Shown here: positions 47,456-59,010 of the stretch, piece by piece
How positions within the stretch are numbered: position 1 is the first letter of the stretch
How the letters are laid out: each line of letters opens with the position of its first letter
Assembly: GCA_023248535.1 (NCBI GenBank)
Contig: JAHFEJ010000004.1
Coordinates: 3,012-67,011, forward strand
Origin: Nitrospinales bacterium
GTDB taxonomy: Bacteria > Nitrospinota_A > UBA7883 > JACRGQ01
Reading direction: 5' to 3'
DNA length: 64,000 nt
The notes under the pieces: generated by a model
What the model saw: only the letters and a program-made list of their open reading frames with translations
Database searches by the model: none
What the model was told of the DNA's origin: nothing
Translations under genes and position numbers: made by a program

Positions 47456-47903
47456 GCGCCTTGCGGCGCTCATCGGGTGTCTTTTTATAGCCTACGGCGC
47501 AATAACGGGATGTGGCCGTAAATTGAAGCCAAATGAAGGCGGCACCGCGTCTTCCGGCGGGGGTGGCTTGCCAAGCGCATATGATTCATCAACGCCATCG
47601 GGCACCTCGAATGGCGCGTCATCTTCAAGTAACAATGCCCAGCGGCATGGCTGTCAATACCCATCAAGCGGCAATCCAACATCGTGCGTTGAAAAGGATA
47701 ATATCGTCAGCCAGGCAAATTGCAATAATTATGAGACGTTCGCTGATTCTTGCCCTTTGACCGGCCTTGTCGCCACATGCTCCATTAAAGATACATATGG
47801 CTCTGTCATCAAAATAAATTATGAATATACCGGCACCCTGCAAGACGCTCAACTATACACAACGATTGGAACAGGCGAGACACTTTCTTGCATAGGCCCT
47901 TGA
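47439..47903 (+). CDS. Hypothetical Cys-rich lipoprotein in the low-GC cassette
   Basis: Lipoprotein signal MSLNNKRLAALIGCLFIAYGAITGC (lipobox ITGC); Ser/Gly-rich linker; 8 further cysteines; low GC. Confidence 0.5.
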   Translation: MSLNNKRLAALIGCLFIAYGAITGCGRKLKPNEGGTASSGGGGLPSAYDSSTPSGTSNGASSSSNNAQRHGCQYPSSGNPTSCVEKDNIVSQANCNNYETFADSCPLTGLVATCSIKDTYGSVIKINYEYTGTLQDAQLYTTIGTGETLSCIGP

Positions 47904-47938
47904 CGGCAAGACGCAACGCACCTGAGCCGCCTTTTGAG

Positions 47939-47967
47939 GTACGGGCAGGTTTGAAACCTGCCCGTAC
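47939..47967. repeat. Palindrome GTACGGGCAGGTTTGAAACCTGCCCGTAC (copy 2)
   Basis: 12-bp perfect stem with TTGAA loop 36 nt after the lipoprotein stop; same element as at 46781-46810. Confidence 0.5.
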
Positions 47968-48006
47968 AAGCATCCGCCCCGCCGGGAGAAAGGAAAAAGA
48001 CAAGAG

Positions 48007-48050
48007 AGCTTTGAAAATATTTCTGGATCCCGGGTCAAGCCCGGGATGAC
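48007..48050. mobile_element. Solo right-end TIR of MITE family A, 7 nt downstream of the rel stop
   Basis: AGCTTTGAAAATATTTCTGGATCCCGGGTCAAGCCCGGGATGAC: its reverse complement GTCATCCCGGGCTTGACCCGGGATCCAGAAATATTTTCAAAGCT matches the family A TIR consensus. Confidence 0.5.
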
Positions 48051-48057
48051 AAAAAGA

Positions 48058-50235
48058 TCAGCGTTTTTCGGCGCGGCGGGCATCCATGATACGTTCGACG
48101 CTGCGGATGCCATCGAGGCCGCGCACCGTTTCCAATATCCGTTGCAGGTGATTGAGGTCTTCTATCTCGACCGTGAGATCCAGATCCCCCTCTATCGCGC
48201 TGGTGGCGGTGACGGTGGCGGATGCGATATTCGCTTCGCACCCGGCGATGGCGGCGGAGACCCGCGCCAAAATGCCGGGACGGTTGAGGCTCTTAATGAG
48301 GATGCGCACCGGGCGGAGCTGCTTTTTCGCGGCGGTCTCCCACCGGGCTTCGAGCAGCCGTTCGGGGTCGGCCTCCAGGGATTTAAGGGAGGGGCAACTT
48401 TTGGCGTGGATCACCAAGCCGTGCCCGGCCGAGATGTACCCCAAGATCGGGTCGCCCGGCACGGGGTTGCAGCAGCCGGCGAAGCGGATCAGCATGTCGT
48501 GGATATCGCCCACGCGCACCCCCAGGTTTTCGGTCACGCTGGCGATGTAGTTCTTGCGGCGGTTTTCGACCTCGCGCCATTTTTCGGCCGGGAGCAGCTT
48601 GTGCAGCACCGTGTAGGCCGATAGCGACGAGATGCCGATACGGTCGAGCATCACCTCGGCGTTTTTGAAACCGAGGGCCACGGCGGCGGCCTCCATCGTT
48701 TCTTTCGTCCAAAACGCCTTCAGGTCCAGCCCGTGGCGGCGCAGCTCGTTCTCCACGATCTCGTTCCCCAGCCGCAGCGATTCCACCTTCTGCGCGTTGC
48801 GCAGATACCCCTTTATCTTGGCGCGGCCGTGGGAGGTGACGGCGATCTTGAGCCAATCGCGCACCGGGTGCTGCTCGTTCGAGGTGAGCACCTCCACCAC
48901 GTCGCCGTTGCGCAGCTGGTAGTCGGGCGGCACCGGCTTGCCGTTCACCAGCGCGCCGAGGAAGTGGTTCCCCAACTGGGTGTGGATGCCGTAGGCGAAA
49001 TCGAGCGGGGTGGCCCCGGCGGGGAGCGCTTTCACCTCCTGCTTCGGGGTGAAGACGTAGACCTCGTTCGGAAAGAGGTCCATCTTGAGCGTGTCGATGA
49101 ACTCCTCGGAATTGTCGACGCTGAGGCCCAGGTCCAGCAGCCGCTTCACCCAGATGAAATTCTCGTCGTCCTTGGTGGGGGGGCGCTTCCCCTCTTTATA
49201 GCGGAAGTGCGCCGCCACGCCGTCTTCGCTGTTGCGGTGCATCTGGCTGGAGCGTATCTGGAATTCCACCCGCCGCCCGGTGTGCGTGAGCACGGTGGTG
49301 TGTATGCTCTGGTACATGTTCTCTTTCGGCAGCGCGATATAGTCCTTGAACTTGCCGGGGATCGGCTTCCACTTCGTGTGGACAAGCCCCAGCACCTTGT
49401 AGCAGTCGAGCAGGCTGTTGGTGATGATCCGCACGCCGATGAGATCGTATATCTGGTCGAAATCGAGGTTCTGTTCGGTCATCTTGCGGTAGATGCCGTA
49501 AAAATGCTTGAAGCGCCACGACACCTGCCCCATGATCTTTTCCATCAGCATCAGGTCGCGCGTTTGGGCGCAGAGGCTGGTGATGAATTTATCCAGCTCC
49601 TCCTGCCGCTCTTTCATCAGCCCCTCGATCCGCTTGTACTCGAACGGCATGAGGTACTTGAAGGCTATGTTCTCCAGCTCCACCTTGATCCAGTGCAGGC
49701 CCAGGCGGTTGGCCAGCGGGGCGTAGATATCCATCGTCTCCTGCGAGATGAATTTCTGTTTCTGCGGGGGGAGGAAATCGAGCGTCCGCATGTTATGGAG
49801 GCGGTCGGCCAGCTTGATGAGCACGACGCGGAGGTCGTTGCTCATGGCCAGGATCATCTTGCGGACGTTTTCGGCCTGCGATTCCTCTTTGCTGGCGAAG
49901 GTGAGGCGGCTGAGCTTGGTAAGCCCCTCCACCAGCAGCAGCACCTCCCCGCCGAAGATCGAGCGTATCTGGGCGGGATCGGCTTCGGTATCCTCCAGCG
50001 TGTCGTGCATCAGGGCGGCGGCGATGGCGGCGGGATCCATCTTCATTTTGGTGAGGATGAACGCCACCTGCATCGGGTGGCTCATATACGGCTCGCCGGA
50101 AAGGCGCACCTGCCCCTTGTGCGCCGCCGAGGCGAACGCGTAGGCCCCCAGTATCTTGTCCACCTCGGCGTCCGGCTGATATTCGCGGACGGCTTCGATG
50201 ATCTCCTCCAGGTGTATCGCCCGCAGCGCCTGCAT
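48058..50235 (-). CDS. rel: Bifunctional (p)ppGpp synthetase/hydrolase, RelA/SpoT family
   Basis: 725 aa; HD hydrolase domain (HPMQVAFILTKMKMDPAAIAAALMHDTLEDT), RelA/SpoT synthetase domain, TGS and C-terminal ACT. Confidence 0.95.
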   Translation of the reverse strand: MQALRAIHLEEIIEAVREYQPDAEVDKILGAYAFASAAHKGQVRLSGEPYMSHPMQVAFILTKMKMDPAAIAAALMHDTLEDTEADPAQIRSIFGGEVLLLVEGLTKLSRLTFASKEESQAENVRKMILAMSNDLRVVLIKLADRLHNMRTLDFLPPQKQKFISQETMDIYAPLANRLGLHWIKVELENIAFKYLMPFEYKRIEGLMKERQEELDKFITSLCAQTRDLMLMEKIMGQVSWRFKHFYGIYRKMTEQNLDFDQIYDLIGVRIITNSLLDCYKVLGLVHTKWKPIPGKFKDYIALPKENMYQSIHTTVLTHTGRRVEFQIRSSQMHRNSEDGVAAHFRYKEGKRPPTKDDENFIWVKRLLDLGLSVDNSEEFIDTLKMDLFPNEVYVFTPKQEVKALPAGATPLDFAYGIHTQLGNHFLGALVNGKPVPPDYQLRNGDVVEVLTSNEQHPVRDWLKIAVTSHGRAKIKGYLRNAQKVESLRLGNEIVENELRRHGLDLKAFWTKETMEAAAVALGFKNAEVMLDRIGISSLSAYTVLHKLLPAEKWREVENRRKNYIASVTENLGVRVGDIHDMLIRFAGCCNPVPGDPILGYISAGHGLVIHAKSCPSLKSLEADPERLLEARWETAAKKQLRPVRILIKSLNRPGILARVSAAIAGCEANIASATVTATSAIEGDLDLTVEIEDLNHLQRILETVRGLDGIRSVERIMDARRAEKR

Positions 50236-50627
50236 CAGATCACCTCTTCAGGCGTACGGGTCAGCCGCCGGGGGGAGGGGCCGTAAAAACAGGCGACCGT
50301 GATGTCGCCCGCGCCCCGGTTCACCATCGCGTGCGGGGCCCCTTTGGGGATTTTGACGGCGGCATTCCGCGGGCGGAGCGTTCTGTCGCGGCCGCCGTGG
50401 CGGACGACCACCGCGGCGCCGTCCCCTATGCAGATGAGATACTCGTCGTGATGCGGGTGGACGTGGTTTCCCCGCACCGCCCCCGGCTTCAGGGTGGCGA
50501 TATGGAAATCCTTGAGATTCCCCGCCTTGAGGCGGCTCGCCAACGCCGCCGCCATGGGAAACAGCACCATCCCGCGCGCATCCTTGAAAACGCGCGCTTT
50601 TATTATTTGCATCGATTTTTTCGGCAT
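50235..50627 (-). CDS. Cupin-fold protein (WxcM/FdtA-like sugar 3,4-ketoisomerase family)
   Basis: VFKDARGMVLFP...RGNHVHPHHDEYLICIGDGAAVVV matches the small cupin isomerase pattern (F.D.RG.L...RG.HAH....Q...C..G); start taken at MPKKSMQII; 1-nt overlap with the rel start. Confidence 0.5.
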   Translation of the reverse strand: MPKKSMQIIKARVFKDARGMVLFPMAAALASRLKAGNLKDFHIATLKPGAVRGNHVHPHHDEYLICIGDGAAVVVRHGGRDRTLRPRNAAVKIPKGAPHAMVNRGAGDITVACFYGPSPRRLTRTPEEVI

Positions 50628-50671
50628 AATTTCTTTCCAAACCCAAAGAGTGTGCATATATAATAGCCGCC

Positions 50672-53338
<2,667 letters not shown>

Positions 53339-53351
53339 CCGCGCCTTTCAT

Positions 53352-53498
53352 GTCATGCCGGTCTTGAACCGGCACCCAGAAATACTTTCAAAACTTCTTG
53401 GCGCTACGCGCCAATGTACATGCTCTCAGCATGTACCCACCCCGGGGAAAAGAAAGTTTTGAAAATATGTCTGGATCCCGCATCAAGTGCGGGATGAC
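53352..53498. mobile_element. MITE-like element, family A, complete copy filling the gap between the convergent secA and topoisomerase B-subunit stops
   Basis: Left TIR GTCATGCCGGTCTTGAACCGGCACCCAGAAATACTTTCAAAACTTC; core TTGGCGCTACGCGCCAA + GTACATGCTCTCAGCATGTAC; right TIR ...AAAGTTTTGAAAATATGTCTGGATCCCGCATCAAGTGCGGGATGAC. Confidence 0.65.
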
Positions 53499-53502
53499 AG
53501 CT

Positions 53503-55392
53503 CTAGATGTCGGCTTCGAAGCCGGCGGCGTTTTCGGTGATGAACTTGAAGCGGGCCTGCACGTCGCGCCCCATCAGGTCGCTGAAGGCCTTGTCGGTCT
53601 CTTCCGCATCGACCAGCATCACCTGCAGGAGGGTGCGCTTTGATTTATCCATGGTGGTCTCTTTCAGCACCGTCACCGGCATTTCCCCCAGCCCTTTGAA
53701 GCGCGAGACCTCCAGCTTCCGGTTTTTGTGCTTCGCCATCACCTGTTCTTTTTCGGCGTCGTCGGCGGCGTAGATCACCTCGTCCTTGCCCATCGTGATG
53801 CGGTAGAGCGGCGGCTGGCTGAGGTAGATGTGGCCGTGATCGATGAGCGGCCTCATGTTGCGGTAAAAGAACGTGAGCAGCAGGGCGCTGATGTGCGCGC
53901 CGTCCACGTCGGCGTCGGTCATGATGATGATCTTGCTGTAGCGCAGCTTGTCCAGGTCGAACGCCGCGCCGATGCCGGTGCCGATGCTGAGCATCAGCGC
54001 CTGTATTTCGGCGTTGGCCTGCAGCTTGGCGTCGGCCGCGCTTTCGACGTTCAGTATCTTTCCGCGCAGCGGGAGGATGGCCTGCGTTTTGCGGTCGCGG
54101 GCCTGCTTGCTGCTGCCGCCGGCGCTGTCGCCTTCCACGATGAACAGTTCGCACTCATCGGGGCTGGCGCTGGAGCAATCGGCCAGCTTGCCCGGCAGCG
54201 TGAGGCGGTGCGACACCAGCCCCTTGCGGTGCACCTCTTCCCGCGCGGCGCGGCTGGCCATGCGGGCGCGGGCGGCCAGCTCCACGCGGGCGATGACGGC
54301 GTCGGCCACGGTGGGATTTTCCAGCAGGTACTTTTCAAACGCGGGACGGACGGCGCTTTCCACCTGGCCGGCCACTTCCACGTTGTTCAGCTTGTCTTTC
54401 GTCTGCCCCTGGAACTGCGGCTGGCCCACCAGCACGCTCAGGATGCAGGTAAGCCCTTCGCGCACGTCGTCCGCCGTGACCGGCGGCGCCTTCCCTTTCG
54501 GCAGCTTGCGCTCCATCGCGTCGCGCACGGTCTTCACCAGCGCGCTCCGCAGTCCGGCCTCGTGCGTGCCGCCGTCGCCGGTGGCGATGCTGTTGCAGTA
54601 GCTTTCCATGCGGCTTTCGGTTTTCTCGGTCCACTGGAAGGCCGCCTCCACCTTGATGGGGGAGGTTACGCTTACGAAGAACGGGGCGGGCATCACCCCT
54701 TTTTGCGCGCCGAGCACCTTGTTGATGTAGTCCAGAATGCCGTTCTCGTAGAAATAGCTCTTGGTTTCCTTGGTACGGCGGTCGGTGACGCTGATCTTCA
54801 GCCCCTTGTTGATGAAGGCCTTGGATTCGGCCCGGTCGCAGATGGTCTTGAAATTGAATTTCAGCTTGCCGAATATCTCGTGGTCGGTGACAAAGTGCTG
54901 GGACGTTCCGTGCGCGCGCGTCGCCTCGCCTTTCCGCAGCTTGGTTTTCGCGACGCCGCGGCTGAACTCCTGATGCCAGGTGTAGCCATCGCGCTTCACC
55001 TCCACCTCCAGCTTTTCGGAGAGCGCGTTCACCACGCTAATGCCGACGCCGTGCAGGCCGCCAGAGGAGGAATAGTTCTTGTTGTGGAACTTGCCCCCGG
55101 CGTGCAGCGTGCACATGATGATCTCAAGCGCCGGTTTTTTGAATTTGGGATGCAAGTCGACCGGTATGCCGCGGCCGTCGTCGGAGACCTTCACCGCGTT
55201 GTCGGCGGTGATCTCTATCTCGATGTGGGTGGCGTAGCCGTTGATCGCCTCGTCCACCGAGTTGTCGACCGCCTCCCACACCAGATGGTGCAGGCCGGTG
55301 CTGTCGGTGCCGCCGATGTACATGCCGGGGCGCACCCGGACCGGCTCCAGCCCTTCCAGTACCGTTATGTCTTCGGCGGTATACTTACCCAC
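53503..55392 (-). CDS. Type IIA DNA topoisomerase subunit B (GyrB/ParE family)
   Basis: 629 aa, GTG start; GHKL ATPase blocks ([31 protein letters not shown]), TOPRIM ([12 protein letters not shown]); assignment gyrB vs parE not resolvable by eye. Confidence 0.9.
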   Translation of the reverse strand: MGKYTAEDITVLEGLEPVRVRPGMYIGGTDSTGLHHLVWEAVDNSVDEAINGYATHIEIEITADNAVKVSDDGRGIPVDLHPKFKKPALEIIMCTLHAGGKFHNKNYSSSGGLHGVGISVVNALSEKLEVEVKRDGYTWHQEFSRGVAKTKLRKGEATRAHGTSQHFVTDHEIFGKLKFNFKTICDRAESKAFINKGLKISVTDRRTKETKSYFYENGILDYINKVLGAQKGVMPAPFFVSVTSPIKVEAAFQWTEKTESRMESYCNSIATGDGGTHEAGLRSALVKTVRDAMERKLPKGKAPPVTADDVREGLTCILSVLVGQPQFQGQTKDKLNNVEVAGQVESAVRPAFEKYLLENPTVADAVIARVELAARARMASRAAREEVHRKGLVSHRLTLPGKLADCSSASPDECELFIVEGDSAGGSSKQARDRKTQAILPLRGKILNVESAADAKLQANAEIQALMLSIGTGIGAAFDLDKLRYSKIIIMTDADVDGAHISALLLTFFYRNMRPLIDHGHIYLSQPPLYRITMGKDEVIYAADDAEKEQVMAKHKNRKLEVSRFKGLGEMPVTVLKETTMDKSKRTLLQVMLVDAEETDKAFSDLMGRDVQARFKFITENAAGFEADI

Positions 55393-57655
55393 GCGCCACC
55401 CCTATCAGTTTCTTTTTGCCGGCGCCGCCGTATACGCGGCCGGCTTGCGCCCGCTGCCCCATATCCATGCCGCCCACTTTTTCCACCGCGTCTTTGCCGC
55501 CGTCGAACATGAAGGTGAGGGTGTTTGCCTTGTTCACCACTTTGGCGGCGATGATAACGTCCTTTGCGTCCATCTTGATGAGCTTCACCCCGGCGCCGGG
55601 GCCGGTGAGAAGCGGAATTTCCTCCACGGGGAAGAGCAGCCCCTTGCCGCCATTGTGGGCGGTATAGAGGTACTGGCCGTCCACCGGCAATACGTCGAAC
55701 ACGGCGTTGTCTTCCTTCACGTTGGCGTATTTGCGGCCCGCCTTGGTGGTTTCGGTAACGGCGGCGCGGGCAAAGCGCAGTCCCATGCCGTTCTCCAGCA
55801 CCGCCACGTATTCCCCTTTCGGCTCCGCCCCGCTCCGGATGTGGTCGAAGTGATCCACCGCCACCACCCGCTCGCCGTCGCCGAACTTGAAGAAGCTCTG
55901 CACCGGCTCGCCGAAGCCGGTGGTGGAGGGGAGGTCGTACGCCTTCACGGTGTACACCTTTCCGGCGGAGGTGAAAAAGCCGATGTGCTCGGCGGTATCG
56001 GCCGGCAGCACTTTCAACAGCGCGTCCCCTTCCTTGAAGCGGAGCTGCCCTTCGTTCGGCTCGTTCTTCATCCGCTTCACCCAACCGTTGCGGCTGATGA
56101 CGACGAAGCACTTCTCATGCTGGATGAAATCGTCGGCGGTGAAAGCCTCTTCCTCCGCCCCCGCTTCCAACCTGGTGCGGCGCTTGTCGCCGTATTCGTT
56201 CTTCACGTCGAGCAGCTCTTTTTTCACCAGGCCGCGCAGCTTCACCTTGCTCTTCAGGATGTCCTCTATCATCTCGCGGCGGACCTCCAGCTCGGCGGCC
56301 TCCAGCTTGATCTTCTGTATCTCCATCGAGACCAGCGCGGCCAGCCGCAGGTCGAGGATGGCGTTGGCCTGCACCTCGTCCAGCCGGAAGTGCTTCATCA
56401 GCCCGGTGCGGGCCTCATCGCGCGTTTTGCTTTTGCGGATGATGGCGATGGCGGCATCGAGGTCCTTCAGCACGGTGGTGAGCGCGCGCAGGATGTGCAG
56501 CCGCTCCAGGATATTGTTCAGCTCGTGGCGCAGGCGCTTTTCGGTGGTCTCCACGCGGAAGGCGATGAAGGTAAGCAGCATCTCGGCCAGGCCCATGCGG
56601 CGCGGCGCCCCTTTGGGGTCGAGCGCGGTCATGTTGACGGCGAAGTTGTATTCCAGATCGGTGTACTTGTAAAGGAACGCCATGATCTTGGCGATGTCGG
56701 AACCGGCCTTCGGTTCCAGCACCACGCGGATGACCTCGGTGCTTTCGTCGCGCACGTCGGCCAGCTGCGGCAGCTTCTTTTCGATGATGAGACCGGCGAT
56801 CTTTTCCACCAGCTTCGCCTTGTTCACGGTGTAGGGGATGCTGGTGATGACGATCTGCTGCTTGCCGCGCTTGGCGTCCTCCACCTCGTACTCGCCGCGG
56901 ATGCGGATGGAGCCGCGCCCCTCTTCGTAGATGGCGCGCAGCTCTTTTTTGGTGGCCAGCATCGTCGCGCCGGTGGGGAAATCCGGCCCCTTGATGTATT
57001 TTTGCAGTGCGGCGGTGTTGAGTCCGGCGTCGTCGATAAGCGCCACGAGGGCGTCTATCACCTCGTTCATGTTGTGCGGCGGGATGTTCGTCGCCATGCC
57101 GACCGCAATGCCGGAACTTCCGTTCACCAGCAGGTTGGGGAAACGGCTGGGCAAAAAGACCGGCTCTTCCAACGTGGCGTCGTAGTTGGGGCGGAACGGC
57201 ACCGTATCCTGCTCTATCTCCTTCAGCAGCTCCATCGCCAGCGGGCGGAGGCGCGCCTCGGTGTAACGCATGGCGGCGGCGGAATCGCCGTCGATGGAGC
57301 CGAAATTCCCCTGCCCGTCGATAAGCGGATAGCGGAGCGAGAAATCCTGCGCGAGGCGGACGAGCGTATCGTACGCGGCCTGGTCGCCGTGCGGGTGGTA
57401 TTTGCCCAACACCTCGCCGACGATGGCGGCGGATTTGCGGTAACGGTTTTCGGGCGTGAGGCGCATCCGGTACATGGCGTAGAGGATGCGTCGGTGAACC
57501 GGCTTGAGGCCGTCGCGCACATCCGGCAGGGCGCGGGCGGCGATGGTGCTAACGGCGTAGCTGAGGAAGCGCTGGCGCAGTTCGCCTTTGAGATCGGTAT
57601 GCTGTATATCGTCGCCTGCTCCGCCCGCGAGCGCAAGTTGTTGTTTCTTACTCAT
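55385..57655 (-). CDS. Type IIA DNA topoisomerase subunit A (GyrA/ParC family; no GyrA-box found)
   Basis: 756 aa; [24 protein letters not shown] with catalytic-Tyr region; beta-pinwheel CTD; no QRRGGKG GyrA-box detected at the start of the CTD; 8-nt overlap with the B-subunit gene, which it precedes. Confidence 0.9.
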   Translation of the reverse strand: MSKKQQLALAGGAGDDIQHTDLKGELRQRFLSYAVSTIAARALPDVRDGLKPVHRRILYAMYRMRLTPENRYRKSAAIVGEVLGKYHPHGDQAAYDTLVRLAQDFSLRYPLIDGQGNFGSIDGDSAAAMRYTEARLRPLAMELLKEIEQDTVPFRPNYDATLEEPVFLPSRFPNLLVNGSSGIAVGMATNIPPHNMNEVIDALVALIDDAGLNTAALQKYIKGPDFPTGATMLATKKELRAIYEEGRGSIRIRGEYEVEDAKRGKQQIVITSIPYTVNKAKLVEKIAGLIIEKKLPQLADVRDESTEVIRVVLEPKAGSDIAKIMAFLYKYTDLEYNFAVNMTALDPKGAPRRMGLAEMLLTFIAFRVETTEKRLRHELNNILERLHILRALTTVLKDLDAAIAIIRKSKTRDEARTGLMKHFRLDEVQANAILDLRLAALVSMEIQKIKLEAAELEVRREMIEDILKSKVKLRGLVKKELLDVKNEYGDKRRTRLEAGAEEEAFTADDFIQHEKCFVVISRNGWVKRMKNEPNEGQLRFKEGDALLKVLPADTAEHIGFFTSAGKVYTVKAYDLPSTTGFGEPVQSFFKFGDGERVVAVDHFDHIRSGAEPKGEYVAVLENGMGLRFARAAVTETTKAGRKYANVKEDNAVFDVLPVDGQYLYTAHNGGKGLLFPVEEIPLLTGPGAGVKLIKMDAKDVIIAAKVVNKANTLTFMFDGGKDAVEKVGGMDMGQRAQAGRVYGGAGKKKLIGVARG

Positions 57656-57753
57656 TGGAGAAAAGAAATAACAGATTTCGCCTTAAAATGGAAGCGGTAT
57701 AAATAGATATATGCGAATTAATGTGTTTTTATTGGTTGAATTCGTCTCCTTGC

Positions 57754-57991
57754 TTGGTGGGTACCCAATTCTTTATTGGTGGGTACCCAATTCATTGGGT
57801 ACATCATGCCACAAGGCAGGACTTTCCCCTTGGCGCTGGCGCGCCAACGTACACATTAAAATGTGTACCTACCCGGAAAAGCCCCTCTCTTGGTCTCGGT
57901 GGGACGGACACTCCTGTCCGTCATCGGCTCGCAGGGCCGACTCTCTATTGGCGCTGGCGCGCCAACGTACACATTAAAATGTGTACCCACC
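57754..57991. repeat. REP array (left flank of RAYT): two repeat units of GGTGGGTACCCAATTC(T)ATTGGGTAC / GGCCGACTCT / TTGGCGCTGGCGCGCCAA / GTACACATTAAAATGTGTACC
   Basis: Ends 4 nt before the RAYT stop; contains the same four palindrome types (P1-P4) as the right-flank array, plus GACGGACACTCCTGTCCGTC. Confidence 0.6.
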
Positions 57992-57995
57992 GGCA

Positions 57996-58487
57996 TCAAG
58001 GCAACATATTTTCATTTACAATCAGCCACGGGTAATCTTGCGGCCTTTCCGCAAGACCGGCACGAACCGCATTCCCCCGTATATACTCATATTTATCCAG
58101 CCATTCATCTTCATTCCGCACTATCCTGTCGTAGGACTCCTTCTGCCAGCAAGAACCGGTACGCTTGAGCAATCTGTTGACCGGGTGCGATGTTTTGCCT
58201 TTTATGGTTTTTAGAATGCCGGTCAGCGAATAAAATAACCCTGCCGCTTTCTCCAGCGGTCTTATCAAAAGATGTATGTGATCGGGCATAATAACGCCTA
58301 TTGAAACATCGTACTTGCTCCGCGCACCTTCAAGTACCGCCAATCGAACAATGTCACGCCCCGCCTCCGGCAACAAAAATCCTTTTGTGCGGAAGGTGAC
58401 AAAGTACCACATGCCCCCTTGCTGCCAATGAGGGAGCTTCCGGTGGGTGATCGTTACATCGGTTGCGGTAATGTTCCGCTTCGGCAT
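57996..58487 (-). mobile_element. REP-associated tyrosine transposase (RAYT, IS200/IS605 Y1 HUH transposase family)
   Basis: MPKRNITATDVTITHRKLPHWQQGGMWYFVTFRTKGF...IMPDHIHLLIRP (HxH/HUH motif) ...YEYIRGNAV (catalytic Tyr region); flanked on both sides by REP arrays; the ORF call extends with a TTG start into the REP, so the ATG at 58487 is preferred. Confidence 0.8.
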
Positions 58488-58512
58488 AAGCCGATGATAA
58501 CATTTCTTCCCT

Positions 58513-58950
58513 GCTCGGTGGGTATCCAATTTTTTATTAGGTGGGTACCCAATTCATTGGGTATATCGGCCCAACGGGCCGACTCTCTCTTGGCGCGTTG
58601 CGCCAATGTACACAATAAATTGTGTACCTACCCGGATGCTCGGTGGGTACCCATTTTAATGGGTACTTCGGCCCAACGGGCCGACTCTCTCTTGGCGCGT
58701 TGCGCCAATGTACACAATAAATTGTGTACCTACCCGGATGCTCGGTGGGTACCTATTTTAATGGGTACTTCGGCCCAACGGGCCGACTCTCTCTTGGCGC
58801 TTTGCGCCAATGTACACAATAAATTGTGTACCTACCCGGATGCTCGGTGGGTACCCATTTTAATGGGTACATTGGCGCAAAGCGCCAAGAAGGTGTCATA
58901 CCTGACGGCATGATGTACACAATAAATTGTGTACCTACCGGGGAAGCGGG
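58513..58950. repeat. Tandem REP array (right flank of RAYT): four ~102-bp units, each a string of four palindromes
   Basis: Unit GCTCGGTGGGTACCCATTTTAATGGGTACTTCGGCCCAACGGGCCGACTCTCTCTTGGCGCGTTGCGCCAATGTACACAATAAATTGTGTACCTACCCGGAT repeats at ~58513 (with a 23-bp insertion), 58638, 58740 and 58842 (last copy degenerate). Confidence 0.7.
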
Positions 58951-58985
58951 AATAAAAAAAGGGGCTTGGGTTGAACCCAAGCCCC
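58951..58985 (-). terminator. Rho-independent terminator of the porin gene
   Basis: Minus strand: GGGGCTTGGGTT-loop-AACCCAAGCCCC followed by TTTTTTTATT, 25 nt after the porin stop. Confidence 0.7.
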
Positions 58986-59010
58986 TTGTATGACGAATTA
59001 AGCGTTCTGG

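Noticed and set aside
58513-58950. Tandem direct repeats that could be mistaken for a CRISPR array
   Set aside because: Units are ~102 bp, internally palindromic and directly abutting each other with no unique spacers. They match the REP palindromes that are dispersed elsewhere and flank a RAYT. REP array, not CRISPR.
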